A stretch of 57,531 nucleotides of DNA from an uncultured candidatus Brocadiaceae bacterium (GTDB taxonomy: Bacteria > Planctomycetota > UBA11346). Positions 56,263 to 57,531 of the stretch are shown in pieces (within the stretch, counting starts at the first letter, position 1; the number at the start of each line of letters is the position of its first letter). The notes under the pieces are model-generated. The model saw only the letters and a program-made list of their open reading frames with translations. It was not told where the DNA came from and searched no databases. The translations under genes and the position numbers were made by a program. The stretch is from the NCBI GenBank assembly GCA_964405325.1, contig CAYONM010000002.1, forward strand, positions 1 through 57,531. The letters run 5' to 3'.

Positions 56263-57483
56263 ATGGCCGACGAGGGATCCGCAGTCCGTCAACCATTAGG
56301 GGCCGGGCTGGAAAAACTCCATATCGTGTACTGCTGTACCGACGGTCAGCTCTTGGCCGGTGCGCGGCGACTGTTCCAGGCCTTCCGCGTCCCGTGGAAG
56401 ACCGACTTCGTCACCGATCCCGTCGCCGCCTGGCAACTGATTGAACAGGGCAGCATTCATGTACTGGTGGCCGAATCCCGTCAGCACGAGTATCGCGGCA
56501 GCCTGATGGAGCAGGTGGCCAACATGGTGCCACACGTGATTCGCATCGCCCTGGTCCCCACCGCCGAAGACCGTCGCGCTTTCATGCTGGCCGGGTGGGC
56601 GCATCAGGCCCTGGTGCAACCAGCCAACGCCAAGACCCTCCTGCACGAGGTCCGACGCTGCTGCCAGACCGCCAACCTGCTGAGCAACAGCTATCTCTCC
56701 GGCCTGCTGACACCGCTGAAGGAACTGCCCAGCAACAATGTTGCCCTCGGTGCCCTCTGGAGCGAGCTGCGCCGTCCCGATCCCGACGTCGATCGCATCG
56801 CCTCGGCAGTACAGCAGGATCCGGCGCTCTCAGGCCAGGTCCTGCGCCTGGCCAACTCGCCGTTATTCAGCCCAGCCAGTAGTGTCTGCTCGCTGCCCCA
56901 GGCCCTGGTCATGCTGGGCCTGTCACGCTTGCGCTCGCTGGTGCTGTATCTCAGTGCCTTTGCCGCGGTGGATGATGAGGTCGTGCGCGAGCTGGATCTG
57001 GATTCCTGGCACTCCAACACCCAACGCTTGGCGCAATTGGGCGTCCAGATCGCCATGCAGGAGACCACCGGCTCGTCCTTCCGCGACAACGTCCTGGTTG
57101 CCGGCATCCTGCAGGACATCGGAGTCCTCGCCCTAGCGACCGTGGAGCCGGAACGCTATATCCCGATCTTCACTTGCGATCCGGTCGCCCTACGCAAAGC
57201 GGAAATCGAGTGCTTCGGTGTCAGCCACGCCGAGGTCGGCGCATTCCTACTCGGCCTCTGGCACATGCCCATGCCGGTGGTTGAAGGTGTGCTTGGCCAC
57301 CATGCCCCATCGCCCTACGCCCGGCCCGACTTCGATGTCGCCGCAGTGCTGTACAGCGCCAACATCTTCAGCGAATTGGCCGCCGGCCAGCTGGAAGAAA
57401 ACCAGATCGACAGCGAGTATTTCCTGCGCATCGACAAGAGCCATCGGGTGGAGTACTGGCGGCGTTTGGCGGAGAGCGCTTAG
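56263..57483 (+). CDS. HDOD-domain signalling protein with an N-terminal receiver-like domain
   Basis: ..IASAVQQDPALSGQVLRLANSPLF......V.SL.QALVMLG, ..GILQDIG, ..HAEVGAFLLGLW. The stop codon TAG directly abuts the terminal repeat. Confidence 0.75.
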   Translation: MADEGSAVRQPLGAGLEKLHIVYCCTDGQLLAGARRLFQAFRVPWKTDFVTDPVAAWQLIEQGSIHVLVAESRQHEYRGSLMEQVANMVPHVIRIALVPTAEDRRAFMLAGWAHQALVQPANAKTLLHEVRRCCQTANLLSNSYLSGLLTPLKELPSNNVALGALWSELRRPDPDVDRIASAVQQDPALSGQVLRLANSPLFSPASSVCSLPQALVMLGLSRLRSLVLYLSAFAAVDDEVVRELDLDSWHSNTQRLAQLGVQIAMQETTGSSFRDNVLVAGILQDIGVLALATVEPERYIPIFTCDPVALRKAEIECFGVSHAEVGAFLLGLWHMPMPVVEGVLGHHAPSPYARPDFDVAAVLYSANIFSELAAGQLEENQIDSEYFLRIDKSHRVEYWRRLAESA

Positions 57484-57531
57484 GGTGCGGAAAGAAATAA
57501 ACGTTACAGATCGCGCAGAGATTTTGTCGAT
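57484..57531. mobile_element. Left end of a family-Y MITE-like repeat, cut by the window edge
   Basis: ggtgcggaaagaaataaacgttacagatcgcgcagagattttgtcgat is identical to 38534-38581. Confidence 0.7.

Noticed and set aside
1-57531. Possibility that the window is a circular replicon closing through the terminal repeat
   Set aside because: The two edge copies do not overlap; ~19 bp of the repeat would be missing, and the first-base alignment mismatches. The start copy is clearly more diverged than the end copy. The content is core chromosomal (tyrS, alr, thyA, sdh, lptD, waaA). An assembly break at a multi-copy repeat is the simpler explanation.
1-57531. CRISPR arrays, rRNA/tRNA genes, integron attC arrays, and toxin-antitoxin or known defence gene pairs
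   Set aside because: I looked for regularly spaced identical repeats, conserved RNA motifs and small paired ORFs in all intergenic gaps and found none. The repeats present are irregular in spacing and sequence.

Overview
A 57.5-kb GC-rich chromosomal segment, probably a whole contig, from a diderm bacterium (LptD-like and WaaA genes present). All calls come from reading the ORF translations and the DNA by eye; no database search was run, and start codons were chosen by RBS and context.

Core genes recognised:
- Translation and tRNA modification: tyrS, tsaB, tsaD.
- Cell envelope and cofactors: alr, a NUDIX hydrolase, the coaC-waaA-(small membrane protein)-lptD-like-tsaD block, and a separate coaB-like gene followed by a nitroreductase.
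- Central metabolism: an operon of a transketolase-C-terminal-like protein, class II aldolase and a CbbY-like HAD phosphatase; PFOR (nifJ) plus a DHOD-like gene; sdhCDAB plus dodecin; thyA.
- Proteolysis and signalling: a catalytically degenerate M16 protein, a large RseP, a two-domain AAA+ ATPase, a prepilin peptidase, an LMW-PTP and an HDOD protein.

Two surface operons are present. One is a lipoprotein plus a 1400-aa MBG-repeat protein. The other is a TSP3-repeat protein, a lipoprotein and a beta-barrel.

I found no rRNA, tRNA, CRISPR array, intact transposase or recognisable defence system. The unusual content is:
1. Several families of short non-autonomous repeats. Two are MITE-like. One has IS50-like 19-20-bp TIRs and perfect 10-bp target duplications. 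The other is a 156-bp AT-rich element present at both window edges.
2. An ~0.7-kb intergenic cluster of palindromes.
3. A 1.6-kb graveyard of transposase and regulator fragments.
4. A DeoR-linked cluster (PHP phosphoesterase, class II aldolase, 603-aa MDR-like protein) that matches no pathway I know. This is my best candidate for an undescribed metabolic system, but the claim is inferential.

Several genes look decayed or frameshifted.
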